Shown: positions 37,614 to 48,603, counted from the stretch's first letter. The stretch is DNA of 64,000 nt from Catenovulum sp. SX2 (GCF_052056295.1 NZ_CP182493.1:2123989-2187988); one strand, 5' to 3'. Notes: a model not told the origin generated them from the letters alone. Numbers and translations: made by a program.

Positions 37614-38423
37614 TTATTTGCCGCCTCTTGACGAACCTGAACGAAAATCTGCACCCGACAAACTTTGTTGCCTGACACTTCTATCTACATATAAGTTGTA
37701 GTGACCATGGGCATAATTTACATAGTTGATATCGTCGTCATCATTAGATGAAGCAAGCCAAAATAGCAACATCCATAAAAACAAGACAAATATCACCAGA
37801 TAAATCACAAAACTTGAGGGTTTAGAGTCTTCAGGCATATCACCTATTGTTGAAGGGTATATTCTGCTATCGTTTTTGCGCTCTTCTTCCCATCGATACG
37901 ACAAAATAACGAAACAAAGTAGCGCTATGCCACCAAAAATATACAGCATAGGGGTGAATATACTTTTGTCGCCGCGAATGGGCACAACTCGAAAATAGTA
38001 GCTGGTGCGATGCGCATTGGTGTGCCTTTGTGAAGAGTCAGATAGGAATAAAAAATAGTCGCCTTGTTTTGGAAAGCGCATATCAAAATAAGCATGCTCT
38101 TTGCGCTCAGTCCATTGTCCATCAGAATCAGTGCCGGTTTCCGACCAAAGTTCATCACGATAGGTGAACAGGTATTCACCATCGGCTGCGTACACTTCCA
38201 TTTCCATCGCTTTCCACGAGTTCATTGGCATAGTTCCGCGAACTTCCAAACGCATCATTTGCCCATCTTCCGATACTGTAAAGTGGTAAGCTTCGTCTTC
38301 CTCGACAAACTTTTTACTTAGCTGCATTGGTACGTCCTGCAATTCGCCTTCCATATATTCAGAACTGCAAAAGCTCAGAAACCACGCAGCTAAACAAATA
38401 ATAAACAGCTTCATTACACTCAT
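37614..38423 (-). CDS. DUF4178 domain protein
   Basis: Signal or TM segment, a beta-rich region (FTYRDELWSETGTDSDGQWTE), two TM helices. Conserved neighbour of DUF350 and SpeE-like genes. Confidence 0.55.
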   Translation of the reverse strand: MSVMKLFIICLAAWFLSFCSSEYMEGELQDVPMQLSKKFVEEDEAYHFTVSEDGQMMRLEVRGTMPMNSWKAMEMEVYAADGEYLFTYRDELWSETGTDSDGQWTERKEHAYFDMRFPKQGDYFLFLSDSSQRHTNAHRTSYYFRVVPIRGDKSIFTPMLYIFGGIALLCFVILSYRWEEERKNDSRIYPSTIGDMPEDSKPSSFVIYLVIFVLFLWMLLFWLASSNDDDDINYVNYAHGHYNLYVDRSVRQQSLSGADFRSGSSRGGK

Positions 38424-38434
38424 AGTTTATCGTC

Positions 38435-39271
38435 CTATAGTGTATGGAAAATAACGCTAGCAACGGCTATGGCGACAAAACTTTCTATCAATGCAACAGC
38501 AGAGTTTTGTTGCACTATAGCATCGTCTAATTTGATTTTGCTCAGTAAAAGGAAATCGACAATCAAACGCACTACAGGCAAAGCGACCAAGGCAATAACT
38601 GCATCGATAAAAAACAAGCTGATGCTTTGTTGCCAAGACACGAATTCACCGACCAGCGCGTGTAATAAGATAATCCCTAAAGCAATTTTGGTAGCAGAAA
38701 AACTAATGGCCGCTGCAACATTGCCTTTTTCAAGCTCTTGCTGCAGGTCAAACCGAGTGAGTAAGTCGTACAACTTACTAAATACAATGAGCAACACTTG
38801 GCCTAACAGATAAAACACCAGGGCCGAAAGCATGCTACCTTCACCAGTTAATGCTCCTGCAATGACTAAACCTGCAGCTATATAACTTGCACCTTGCGCA
38901 AGACCCACAGCCAAGCTTTGGTGCTCTATAATCTGTTGTTTATTACAAAACTTAGATAACAGAAACTTATCGTTTATTACTCTGGCGATCAGCAGCATAA
39001 CCAACCCCATAGCTGAGTATATTGACACACTGATTAGATCATTGATTAACCCTTTGCTCGGCCCTTTTAATACAGCGATATAAATAAGGGTAATTGCCAA
39101 AATGTACCCAGTAATAGAGGCAGCCAAAGCAGTATTTTTATGTTGAATTATTTGCTCAAAAGTATCGTACGGCGTGGTGAAGTTGTACAACCACTTTGCC
39201 GTGCAAATAACCAATAAGAAGAGCGCTAAAAACGATGCGTTTTCTAGGTAGTAAATGATATTAATATCCAT
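38435..39271 (-). CDS. DUF350 (tandem) integral membrane protein
   Basis: 278 aa with two repeated hydrophobic modules of about 130 aa each. Gene order DUF350-DUF4178-SpeE-like on one strand with gaps of 11 and 0 bp. Confidence 0.55.
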   Translation of the reverse strand: MDINIIYYLENASFLALFLLVICTAKWLYNFTTPYDTFEQIIQHKNTALAASITGYILAITLIYIAVLKGPSKGLINDLISVSIYSAMGLVMLLIARVINDKFLLSKFCNKQQIIEHQSLAVGLAQGASYIAAGLVIAGALTGEGSMLSALVFYLLGQVLLIVFSKLYDLLTRFDLQQELEKGNVAAAISFSATKIALGIILLHALVGEFVSWQQSISLFFIDAVIALVALPVVRLIVDFLLLSKIKLDDAIVQQNSAVALIESFVAIAVASVIFHTL

Positions 39272-39421
39272 ATTTGTATATTTTTTATATTAATTAGTAT
39301 TATGTGGCTGGGATGCTAACACAATTGAATGGCAAGTCGTAAACATAAAAAAAGCCCAGACTATTTTGGATAACAGCTGAGCTTTTATAATTCATATAAT
39401 TCAATCTGTAGTGAAAAACGG

Positions 39422-41251
39422 TTACTCAACCGTCACTGACTTCGCCAAGTTTCTTGGTTGGTCAACATCCGTACCTTTAATAACAGCTACGTGGTAGCTT
39501 AATAACTGTAGCGGAATTGTGTAGACAATTGGTGCGATAATGTCGTCAGTTGGTACGACGTTAATTACCCGCTGTGTTTCGTCACTTTGGAATTTAGCGT
39601 CGTTGTCGGCAAACACGTATAAAATACTGCCGCGTGCACGTACCTCTTCAACGTTTGAATGCAGCTTTTCTAATAATTCGTTGTTTGGTGCAACAACTAT
39701 TACTGGCATTTCAGCATCAATTAACGCGATTGGGCCGTGTTTTAATTCACCCGCTGCGTAAGCTTCGGCGTGAATGTATGAAATTTCTTTCAGTTTTAAC
39801 GCACCTTCCATCGCAATCGGATACTGGTCGCCACGGCCTAAGAATAATGCATGGTTTTTGTCGGCAAATTCTTCAGCTAAATCTTCAATTTCTTTATTGG
39901 CTAATAAAGCTTGTTCAATTTTGCCCGGTAGTTGCATTAACGAAGCACAAATTTCTTTCTCGTTTTCAGCAGTTAAACCTTTTTGTTTGCCTAAAGCTAA
40001 TACCAAAATAAGTAGTGACACTAACTGAGTGGTAAATGCTTTAGTTGAAGCAACACCGATTTCTGTACCTGCGCGAGTCATAAAGTTGAAGTCTGATTCA
40101 CGGACTAATGACGAGCCTTGCACGTTACAAATAGTTAATGACGACAAATAACCTTGCTCTTGCGCTAAACGCAACGCTGCTAATGTGTCAGCCGTTTCAC
40201 CAGATTGTGAAATAGAAACAAACAAGCTGCCTTCGTGTACATAAAACTTGCGGTAACGGAATTCAGAGGCAATCTCAACACTACAGCTTACATTGGCGTA
40301 TTGTTCAAACCAATATTTAGCCACCATACCTGCGTGATAACTGGTGCCACAAGCAACTATGGTTACGTGTTTAATTTTAGGAATAACCTCTTCAAAACCA
40401 TTCCCAAAAATACCAGCTTCAACACCAGCGGCTGATAAACGACCTTCTAAGGTTTGACGCACACAAGTTGGCTGCTCGTATATTTCTTTCATCATATAGT
40501 GGCGGTATTCACCTTTGTCAGCCGAGTCTGCTTTGGCATCAACTAGGTTTACTTTGCGCTCGACTTGCTCACCATTTTTATCAAAAATTTCTACCGACTT
40601 ACGGGTAATGCGTGCAACATCACCTTCTTCTAAATAGATAAAACGGCTGGTCACAGGCAATAAAGCTAATTGATCAGATGCAACAAAGTTTTCGCCAATG
40701 CCTAAACCGATAACAAGTGGGCTACCTGAACGCGCTACAACCATTTCATCTGGGTTTTGTTGGTCGATAATTGCTGTGCCGTATGCACCTGTAACAGTTT
40801 TAGCTGCTTTCTGTACTGCAGCAAATAAGTTGTTACTTTCAGCTAAAAATTTGTGGATAAGGTGGGTTAAAACTTCAGTGTCGGTTTCAGAAACAAACTT
40901 ATACCCTTCACCTTCTAATTCTGCTTTTAATTCACGATAATTTTCGATAATACCATTGTGAACAACTGCAATACGTTCGTTCGACATGTGTGGATGGGCG
41001 TTGCGTTCGCTTGGTTCACCATGGGTTGCCCAACGTGTATGTGCTACACCTGTACCACCGGCTAAAAATTGTTCAGCTAAACTGTCAGATAAGTTTTTAA
41101 CTTTACCAACGCGGCGTAACCTTTGTAATTGGCCGTTGTCTATTACCGCTAAACCGGCTGAATCGTATCCACGATATTCTAATCGGCGTAATCCTTCTAA
41201 TAAAATTTCTGCTACATCACGTTGTGCTACTGCACCGACTATTCCACACAT
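39422..41251 (-). CDS. glmS: Glutamine--fructose-6-phosphate aminotransferase (isomerizing)
   Basis: MCGIVGAV (N-terminal nucleophile Cys after Met removal), two SIS domains, C-terminal ..AKSVTVE. 609 aa, as in E. coli GlmS. Confidence 0.95.
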   Translation of the reverse strand: MCGIVGAVAQRDVAEILLEGLRRLEYRGYDSAGLAVIDNGQLQRLRRVGKVKNLSDSLAEQFLAGGTGVAHTRWATHGEPSERNAHPHMSNERIAVVHNGIIENYRELKAELEGEGYKFVSETDTEVLTHLIHKFLAESNNLFAAVQKAAKTVTGAYGTAIIDQQNPDEMVVARSGSPLVIGLGIGENFVASDQLALLPVTSRFIYLEEGDVARITRKSVEIFDKNGEQVERKVNLVDAKADSADKGEYRHYMMKEIYEQPTCVRQTLEGRLSAAGVEAGIFGNGFEEVIPKIKHVTIVACGTSYHAGMVAKYWFEQYANVSCSVEIASEFRYRKFYVHEGSLFVSISQSGETADTLAALRLAQEQGYLSSLTICNVQGSSLVRESDFNFMTRAGTEIGVASTKAFTTQLVSLLILVLALGKQKGLTAENEKEICASLMQLPGKIEQALLANKEIEDLAEEFADKNHALFLGRGDQYPIAMEGALKLKEISYIHAEAYAAGELKHGPIALIDAEMPVIVVAPNNELLEKLHSNVEEVRARGSILYVFADNDAKFQSDETQRVINVVPTDDIIAPIVYTIPLQLLSYHVAVIKGTDVDQPRNLAKSVTVE

Positions 41252-41253
41252 TG

Positions 41254-42039
41254 TTATTTTCCCGCTTGTTGTTGATTTGTTTTGGCGACCACTATAGTCA
41301 CACCCATATTTGAAATTTGTTCGATTGCTTGTTTACTGATGCCGTCGTCGGTCACCAAATAAGTAATTTGTTGCCATGTAAGTTCTAGGTTTGGAATACG
41401 TCTGCCTATTTTGTCTGACTCTACCATAACAATCACTTCGCGTGCTTGTTCGGCCATCACTCGGCTTAAACCTATTAGTTCATTAAAGGTAGTCGTTCCT
41501 CGGTTTAAATCAATGCCATCGGCACCGATAAACAGTTGGTCGAAGTCGTAACTACGTAAAACTTGTTCGGCAACTTGGCCTTGGAATGATTCTGAATGTG
41601 GATCCCAAGTGCCGCCTGTCATTAAGATAGTGGGTTCGCGCTCTAATTCACGCAATTGATTAGCAACTTCCAATGCATTTGTCATCACTACTAATCCCGC
41701 CTTTTGGCTTAGGTGAGAAATTAAACTAGAAGTTGTGCGGCCGCTGTCTATGATAATGCGATTGTGATCACGTATAAGTTCAGCTGCTTTATTGCCTATT
41801 GCTTGTTTAGCTGCGGATAAGGCTTTTTCACCATCTGAGATCACTTCTTGCGGCAATGGTACTGCACCACCGTAGCGGCGTAATAATTGGCCACTTTTTT
41901 CGAGTTCGGCTAAGTCTTTTCGAATCGTAACAACTGAGGTATCGAATTGACTAGCCAGTGCTTCGACTGTCACTTCACCTAGTTGATTGACTTGTTGGAC
42001 GATTTTGTGTCGTCGCTGTTGAGTATTTCGTTTTGACAA
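41254..42039 (-). CDS. DeoR/GlpR-family transcriptional regulator, 2 bp upstream of glmS (likely co-transcribed)
   Basis: N-terminal DeoR HTH ([51 protein letters not shown]). C-terminal DeoR sugar-phosphate-binding domain. Confidence 0.85.
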   Translation of the reverse strand: MSKRNTQQRRHKIVQQVNQLGEVTVEALASQFDTSVVTIRKDLAELEKSGQLLRRYGGAVPLPQEVISDGEKALSAAKQAIGNKAAELIRDHNRIIIDSGRTTSSLISHLSQKAGLVVMTNALEVANQLRELEREPTILMTGGTWDPHSESFQGQVAEQVLRSYDFDQLFIGADGIDLNRGTTTFNELIGLSRVMAEQAREVIVMVESDKIGRRIPNLELTWQQITYLVTDDGISKQAIEQISNMGVTIVVAKTNQQQAGK

Positions 42040-42189
42040 AGTTTCGGTTTCTTAAGATTTATTTTTATAAGTTTCGTTTCGAAAGTTTATGCATTTTAAA
42101 CGAAGCTTTTTGTTTAGTGCAATATAAAGGTGAAATTTTGTGCGGCTTGTCACTTACAGTGCGCTGAAAGGTTGGTGCAACAAAGTCCA

Positions 42190-42600
42190 TTAGAAGCATA
42201 ATTTTCTAAAAGCGCTACAAAGGCGCTGTTAGCTCAATAGAAACGGTACTTTGAAACTGCGGTCAATTCACCAAACGCTTCAAGCCATCCTTGGTCGCTC
42301 GCCGATTACATCCATGTAATCGGAGGTTGGTTCATTGCCCCCAGTTCCGAAGTACCTCAATGGGTATAGGCAACGCTGTGAGTATTAGCTTCCAACAGAC
42401 TTCTATCTGGCATATGTGTCGCGATATAAAATTTATCCAGCAATTAATATGCAAAAGCAGGTGAATGGGTGTGTTGCGAGCAAAACTTCACAAAACATGG
42501 ATGTTTTGTGCGAGCGATTCACGGATGAACTCGAAGCGCTTTTGCGAGCAATACTCCATTTAACTGCTGACTTCTAGACTATGGTTTTGCAGCACTAGCA
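42190..42600. repeat. Inverted pair of ERIC-like structured repeat elements (reverse-type copy about 42190-42345, forward-type about 42455-42600)
   Basis: Shares gcataattttctaaaag, ccttggtcgctcgc, gtgttgcgagcaaaacttcaca..tgtgcgagcg and atactccattta with the loci at 1.1-1.9 and 20.6-20.9 kb. The central hairpins differ here (cgattacat-cc-atgtaatcg; cacaaaacat-gg-atgttttgtg) but stay perfectly paired. Confidence 0.8.
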
Positions 42601-42753
42601 ATAAAACCCGCAAAAGACACCGGTAGCATTTCACTCGGGTTACAATTCGTTACATTAGTGCGCATCAAGCAACAATATAATGCAAAATAAGATCTAAATA
42701 TCCGCATAAAAACGGACTAAAATGCACCCATGTTATTTAAAAGGAAAATAGTT

Positions 42754-43377
42754 ATGTTTAGCCACAGCAAACAAACTCAAAATATAGTTCAAACAATTGG
42801 AAGTTTACTATTCGCAACCATGCTAACAGTGTTGGCATTTAGCGCCAAAGCCAACAATGCAGATCCTAACCAGTTACTCAGCCAAGTAGGACAAAACCTA
42901 TTTAGCGAAATAAAACAACTGCAACTAGACGACAGCCAAAAACGTTTAGCTCTACGCGATATCATTAACAAACAGCTGATGCCACATATAGATGTTGATT
43001 TTGTCTCGTACAAATTACTTGGCAAACACGTACGAAAAGTAAATAAACAGCAGTTCCAACAGTTTTCCCAAGCAGTAGAGCATTACTTAACTGTTACCTA
43101 TGCTAACGCACTAATGGCTTACAAAGGGCAAGAAGTTATTTTTGAACAAAACGGTCAAGTGGAAGACAAGTACGCCACAGTGAAAACACGTATTGTCGAC
43201 CCAAGTGCACCGGCGATTGATTTACATTTTAAAATGCGTAAAAACGGCAAAGGTGAATGGAAGGTTTACGACATGGTTGCCGAAGGGATATCACTGTTAA
43301 GTGCTAAACAAAGCGAAATTACCAAACGAATTTCTGATGCAAATATCGAAAAAGTGATTGCTGAATTAAACAGTTAA
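42754..43377 (+). CDS. MlaC/Ttg2D-family periplasmic phospholipid-binding protein-like
   Basis: Signal peptide; Tol-Tol-Ttg2-type pattern (..QQF..F.....Y...TYANAL..YKGQ...........A.V.T.I....A..I..HFKMRK.GK.EWKVYDM..EGISLL). ORF track start 42730; MFSHSK (42754) preferred. Confidence 0.65.
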   Translation: MFSHSKQTQNIVQTIGSLLFATMLTVLAFSAKANNADPNQLLSQVGQNLFSEIKQLQLDDSQKRLALRDIINKQLMPHIDVDFVSYKLLGKHVRKVNKQQFQQFSQAVEHYLTVTYANALMAYKGQEVIFEQNGQVEDKYATVKTRIVDPSAPAIDLHFKMRKNGKGEWKVYDMVAEGISLLSAKQSEITKRISDANIEKVIAELNS

Positions 43378-43464
43378 TAACCCCGATTCCTCAAGTATCA
43401 AAGTTGTTGGTGCTACTTATTTGAACTAAGCTATTTTAATAGCCAGCAAATAAGTTAGCACCTA

Positions 43465-44397
43465 ATGCAAGAACGAACTCTCAGAATCACATCGAAAAAA
43501 TCTTGCTTAATTTACGCATGCTTTTTCCTGCTATTATCGCCATTTAAACTGTTAGCGCTAGACCAAGTAATGGCCTATTCGCCTGAACAAAATTTTGATA
43601 AACGCGAAGAATATCACCTCGCACTACTCAAAGCTGTTTTAGTAGAAACTGAGCAAGAGCTTGGTCCTTTTGAGTTAACCCGTACAGAAGTGACCATGCC
43701 AAGAAGTCGTCAAGCCATAGAGCTTACCAAAGGCAATATCATTAACGTAATTGCTTCCCCTCCACTCAAAGGCCAACTTAGCAACAGCCTAAGAGTACCG
43801 TTTCCCATTCGCCGCGGCTTATCGAGTTATCGAATATTTCTAGTCATGCATAACAATGTAGATTTATATAAAAATGCCAACACGCTCGATGCGGTAAAAC
43901 AGTTTAAAACAGGACAAAAACAGTATTGGTCTACCGAAAGAATTCTTCGTCATCATGGCTTTAACGTAGTTTCGACCGCCAACTATAAGGGGTTATTTAA
44001 AATGTTAGCTTTAGGTCGATTCGATAGTTTAAATCGTGATATTGCAGAAGCCTACATAGAGCTTGAAACCTTCAAGAAGGAAATTCCGCAACTCAGCTAT
44101 GATCGCCATATAGCACTCTATACCTACTTACCTTACTATTTTTACGTCTCACCAAAACAACAGAATTTAGCCAAACGCCTTGAGTTTGGTTTGTTAAAAC
44201 TACATAAATCAGGTCAGTTGGATACTTTATTGTTTAACTATTTTGGACCTTATTTGCACCAAGCGAAATTAGGCAATCGTCGAATATTCCACATAGAGAA
44301 CATCAATTTGGCAAACGATATGTACAGCCATGACCAAGCATATTTACTAGATTTAACAAAAAGCCAGCAGTCTATTGAACAGGCTGCTGGCTTTTAA
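43465..44397 (+). CDS. Hypothetical exported protein with a periplasmic solute-binding-like (family 3 SBP-like) fold
   Basis: Signal peptide. About 280-aa mature region with alternating alpha/beta pattern. No catalytic motifs. Weak assignment. Confidence 0.3.
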   Translation: MQERTLRITSKKSCLIYACFFLLLSPFKLLALDQVMAYSPEQNFDKREEYHLALLKAVLVETEQELGPFELTRTEVTMPRSRQAIELTKGNIINVIASPPLKGQLSNSLRVPFPIRRGLSSYRIFLVMHNNVDLYKNANTLDAVKQFKTGQKQYWSTERILRHHGFNVVSTANYKGLFKMLALGRFDSLNRDIAEAYIELETFKKEIPQLSYDRHIALYTYLPYYFYVSPKQQNLAKRLEFGLLKLHKSGQLDTLLFNYFGPYLHQAKLGNRRIFHIENINLANDMYSHDQAYLLDLTKSQQSIEQAAGF

Positions 44398-44413
44398 ACA
44401 ACAAATAGACTTG

Positions 44414-47400
44414 TTATTTAGGCACAGAATTTAACGTGTAATAAGCTTTGTTATGGAACACATCTAAGCCTTTGCTAAAATCGGTTGCAGATAAATCAAA
44501 CTCATACACTCGATTTGTCGCTATTGCAGCTTTAGTTTTATCCACAGCAAAATCAGCCAAGGTAAAAGTTAAACTTTTGCCATTATTCGACCACTGCAAA
44601 TTACCAATCACTTCGTCGCGTAAACCTTTTTCCGCTGAGCCATAGTTAAAGTCTTCTTGGTAAAACCAAGAACTCACTTTTAATTTGGCAAAACTTGCTT
44701 GCTGCGCTTTATTAATCGGCTGAGTAAAGTTAATGCTGTAACCGCTGTTAGTAACATTAATTGAATGGATAGATTGTGGAATGGTTTTTCCATCCCAGAC
44801 TATGCGCTGCAGCGCAGTTAAATTACCACCTTTTGCCCACCAGCCACGGCCAGTTTGTCCTATCCATAAACTATTGTCTTCGGGAGAAAAGGCTAAGCGC
44901 ATTACGCCAGAAGCTGTGCCCGTCATAAACGGCAATAGCGCTGATTGCATCACCCCATTTACTTCTTCAATATGCACACGGAATATGTTCGATTGAGTTT
45001 GGTCACCAACAAACATTTGCCCAGCATAGGGGCCAAATTTAACTTTAGCTGTTTGCCATACAGGGTTGCCCGGTGAGTTCATTGCGCGGCCATGTGGTAA
45101 TAAACCCACAGGCAAAGCACGCTTATCTTTAAACTGCTGCCAATCAATTGCAGCATCACCTAGTACTTTCCCCGGTAAATCGACCAGTGACGCAGGGTGC
45201 CCATAATATTTATCTTGCTCTAACAGATAAAGTTTCGAGGTACCGTGATAATCACCTTGGTTGTCGGTATAAAACACTTTGCCATCGTCTCTAATCGCAA
45301 TACCTGCAGGGCTGCGCAAACCATAAGCATAAGGTTTGGTTATACCGTTTTTATCGACCTGCATAGCCCAACCACGATATCCACCAGTTGTGCCCATAAT
45401 GCCACCAGCAGTATAACCACTCGGCATACCATGACCTAAGTTAAGGTTATATAACAAACTACCATCTAATAACTTAACTGGCCCATGCAAATAAGCGTGA
45501 TAATTAGCGTGGAAACGGAATTCATCTGATACCACTTCACGTTGTTCGGCCCAACCGTCGTTATCTTTGTCGATTAAACGGGTTAAACCGGCTTTTTCAC
45601 CGACAATAATTTGGTTTTCGTCTTCAACAACTAAGCCCATTGAATCAAAAATACCTTCTGCAAATTGCTGCCATTTGCCGTCAGTAATTTTCCAAACGCC
45701 AGCAGTACGGGTACTGACATAAGCACTACCTTTGTCGGTAAATGCAATACCTAATGGTTCAAACAAAACACGGCGGCCAAACAAGTCATTTGGATCGAGC
45801 GCACTTTCAATTTTGTATCCACTAGGCAATACAGCCTCACCATTAAACTCACTCCAAATCAGCGGTTGTGGTGAATTTTTTTGCGGCGGAATATTCTTGT
45901 CGACCAATTTAACTTGTGGCACATCCGCAACCAATGCAGTGAAGGTCACTTGCTTGTGTTTACCCGCAGGGATCTGCCAAACATCACCGCTAATTTTTCC
46001 GTGACTTACTTGAATTTGGCTTAATCCTGTAGCTGGTAACGCTAAGGTCAATTCGCTGTGATTATTGAAAGTAAATTCAGCGGCAATTTTACCCGTTTGA
46101 TCGGCGTCTAATTTAACCGTGACATAATTTTGGTTAACTCGATAGCTAAAAGTTGGAATTTGTTTGGTTGGCGTTGCCACACCAACAAATTCAGCATCAA
46201 CTTTGGCCAACTTTGCCGCGAAGTCTTCTTTGTCCGCCAATAACTGTTTAGCTAAATCTTTGGTTAATTCAGCAGATTGTTTAAAACTAAAATCTAACCA
46301 ATCACCCGATGCGAGTTTTGGTCGAAACAAATTAGCAGTATGCTCGCGCGGCCACAATTTTGCGCCACGGCCAATATTACTTGGCGCATCAGCACGGCCT
46401 TGTTTTTCGTGTTTTAAATCTAAAAATCGTCCTGACCAAATCATTTCAAAAGCGAAAGTTCTGGGGTCAAAACTATAGTTAGTTTGATTGGGTAAACCAA
46501 CATGGTAAGCACGGCCAGATACATATTCACCAATATTCACACGTGCAAGTCTTGGTTGGTCGCTAACTAGTTCGGCAGTTAAATCTTCAACCAGTACATA
46601 AGGCTTTTCAGGCTGAGCTTGCCAAACATAATCAGCACCTTGTTCGCCTTTATCGTTGAGCGTATGTAAATAAGCAAGTAAAGAATCTATTTCTAACGGA
46701 TTAATCGCCTGCGCGTTATAAGACGGCATAATTGGAAAGAATTTCTGTTCAGAGCCATCAGCCTTAGTGCGAGTTGCAATGTGCAAGGTTGAAGCGCGAA
46801 TAGAATCCAATAAATATTGTGCATCAGCGGCTATTTGCTCTTTATCACCTTTAGCGCTTATAACTGTATGCTGTTTGATATTTGGACTAAATACACCATA
46901 CAAATTTGGCCCAGTTTTAACCGATTGCGCATCTTTTTGGATTTCGTGACATTCTTTACAACCTTTAGCCGCAAAAGCTTTTTTGCCGAGTTCAACTAAG
47001 TTGAGCATAGGTTTGCCAAGCGTATCGTCTAGTGGCGCTTGGTGTTCTTTAGCCACAGCAACTTTTGGCGAATAATCGCTAAAATCACGTGGAGTAATTT
47101 TAATATTGCGCAGCGCCAATGGTCCGGCATCACCTAAAAAGACCACTGGCCCTTTGCTAACTTCGTTTTGCGCTAACGCGCCTTGGCCCGGGCCTGTTGC
47201 TATTTGGTTTTGGTGGATAGTTACACCGTTAAACTTAACTTGCATCAACTCAGCATAAGCGGTTTTTAAACCATGTTGATCAAACCTAGGTGCACGAAAT
47301 TCTATGCTTAAATGTTGCCATTGCTCAATTGGTTGACTCGGGTTGGCTTTAGCAACTACACCATCGTAGTGTTTCCACTCTCTGTCGTCGTCAAACCTTG

Positions 47401-47845
47401 GGTGTAATCCACCCATAGCACCATTCCACAGTTCAGTTTTGCCATAAGCGTCATTTAAATTAATTCGATAACGCCCAAGTAAATAAACACCTGACCAAGT
47501 ATTTTTCGCTAGTTTAAAGTCAAATTCTAACTGAAAGTCGCTAAACTCTTGTGCTGTGATCAATTTACTTGCAGGGTGATCATTGCCTTGGCTAGAGATA
47601 TTCACCAACACGCCTGTTCCCTGTTGTGGAACAAAAGCTTGTTGGGTGGCATTCAGCTCAACTTCTTTTACCTGATGCCATTCATCCGCCAAACTAAAAT
47701 CAATACCTTCAAACTTGAGCTGGCTCGTTTGTCCAGCTACTGCAGCCTGCTGCTCAGTTGCATTCTGTGATTCTGTTTCTGAGCAAGCGAACAATCCCTG
47801 TAGTGCAGCAAGTACAAATAAGTATTTATTTAAATACGCATTCAT
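44414..47845 (-). CDS. Multidomain lipoprotein of about 1143 aa: DUF1080 (3-keto-disaccharide-hydrolase-like) domain, c-type cytochrome CxxCH domain, and a soluble glucose/sorbosone-dehydrogenase-like beta-propeller (PVC-type heme-binding CxxCH protein architecture)
   Basis: Lipobox (ALQGLFACSE). DUF1080-like N-domain. Heme-binding CKECHE with a downstream Met-rich segment. Propeller-like repeats in the C-terminal 500 aa. The ATG overlaps the upstream gene's TGA (ctATGAat), indicating translational coupling. Confidence 0.7.
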   Translation of the reverse strand: MNAYLNKYLFVLAALQGLFACSETESQNATEQQAAVAGQTSQLKFEGIDFSLADEWHQVKEVELNATQQAFVPQQGTGVLVNISSQGNDHPASKLITAQEFSDFQLEFDFKLAKNTWSGVYLLGRYRINLNDAYGKTELWNGAMGGLHPRFDDDREWKHYDGVVAKANPSQPIEQWQHLSIEFRAPRFDQHGLKTAYAELMQVKFNGVTIHQNQIATGPGQGALAQNEVSKGPVVFLGDAGPLALRNIKITPRDFSDYSPKVAVAKEHQAPLDDTLGKPMLNLVELGKKAFAAKGCKECHEIQKDAQSVKTGPNLYGVFSPNIKQHTVISAKGDKEQIAADAQYLLDSIRASTLHIATRTKADGSEQKFFPIMPSYNAQAINPLEIDSLLAYLHTLNDKGEQGADYVWQAQPEKPYVLVEDLTAELVSDQPRLARVNIGEYVSGRAYHVGLPNQTNYSFDPRTFAFEMIWSGRFLDLKHEKQGRADAPSNIGRGAKLWPREHTANLFRPKLASGDWLDFSFKQSAELTKDLAKQLLADKEDFAAKLAKVDAEFVGVATPTKQIPTFSYRVNQNYVTVKLDADQTGKIAAEFTFNNHSELTLALPATGLSQIQVSHGKISGDVWQIPAGKHKQVTFTALVADVPQVKLVDKNIPPQKNSPQPLIWSEFNGEAVLPSGYKIESALDPNDLFGRRVLFEPLGIAFTDKGSAYVSTRTAGVWKITDGKWQQFAEGIFDSMGLVVEDENQIIVGEKAGLTRLIDKDNDGWAEQREVVSDEFRFHANYHAYLHGPVKLLDGSLLYNLNLGHGMPSGYTAGGIMGTTGGYRGWAMQVDKNGITKPYAYGLRSPAGIAIRDDGKVFYTDNQGDYHGTSKLYLLEQDKYYGHPASLVDLPGKVLGDAAIDWQQFKDKRALPVGLLPHGRAMNSPGNPVWQTAKVKFGPYAGQMFVGDQTQSNIFRVHIEEVNGVMQSALLPFMTGTASGVMRLAFSPEDNSLWIGQTGRGWWAKGGNLTALQRIVWDGKTIPQSIHSINVTNSGYSINFTQPINKAQQASFAKLKVSSWFYQEDFNYGSAEKGLRDEVIGNLQWSNNGKSLTFTLADFAVDKTKAAIATNRVYEFDLSATDFSKGLDVFHNKAYYTLNSVPK

Positions 47846-48603
47846 AGTGGCCTTACCCAAATATTCCGATAACTCACGGGGTTGCCATGATCTTGTAAAT
47901 GAATAGATTCACAACCATGTGCTTCGCTATATCTAGGGTATCCGCGGTAAACGGTCGGACCTTGGATTTGTGTATGGTTTTGCACCAATACGCCGTTGTG
48001 CAATACAGTTACATACGCTTTTTGATCAATACGGCCTTCTGAATCAAACCTTGGTGCGCGATAGATAATATCGTAAGTTTGCCACTGCATAGGTGGTTTG
48101 CTGGCGTTTACTAAAGGTGGGGTTTGTTTATATACAGCCCCCGCTTGGCCATTTGAATAAGTGCGATTTTGATACGAGTCTAATACCTGAACTTCGTAGC
48201 GGCCTTGAATATAAATACCGCTGTTGCCAGAGTTTTGTCCTACTTGCCAATCTTCTTTGCCTTTAGGTGGGGTGCGCCATTCAATATGTAATTGCATGTC
48301 GCAGAATTTTTGTTTGCTATTGACGCCGCTGGTACCAGCTTTGACTGTCATTACACCATTATCAAAAGTCCATTTGGCAGCTTCACCTTCTTTATGTTGC
48401 CATTGTGATAAACCTGTATCTTTGCCTAATAGAACAATTGCATCTGACGGTACAGGGCCAGGGGTAACAACTCTTGGTTCAGGCTCCCAATACTCTGTCC
48501 ATTCTGGCGCAGGTTGTTCAACGCCATTGGCGTTAACTAAACTGGTCGCGCATGTGCATGCCGTTAAAATAACAGCTGATAAATATTTATTATAAGTTTG
48601 CAT
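47842..48603 (-). CDS. DUF1080 (3-keto-disaccharide hydrolase family) exported protein
   Basis: Signal peptide. DUF1080 signature including the C-terminal ..HGNPVSYRNIWVRPL. Confidence 0.8.
   Translation of the reverse strand: MQTYNKYLSAVILTACTCATSLVNANGVEQPAPEWTEYWEPEPRVVTPGPVPSDAIVLLGKDTGLSQWQHKEGEAAKWTFDNGVMTVKAGTSGVNSKQKFCDMQLHIEWRTPPKGKEDWQVGQNSGNSGIYIQGRYEVQVLDSYQNRTYSNGQAGAVYKQTPPLVNASKPPMQWQTYDIIYRAPRFDSEGRIDQKAYVTVLHNGVLVQNHTQIQGPTVYRGYPRYSEAHGCESIHLQDHGNPVSYRNIWVRPL

Noticed and set aside
39422-42039. Looked for a glmS ribozyme/riboswitch or GlmZ-type element near glmS.
   Set aside because: The glmS ribozyme is a Gram-positive feature. Here glmS starts 2 bp after a DeoR-family regulator gene with no leader, so no such element is expected or seen.
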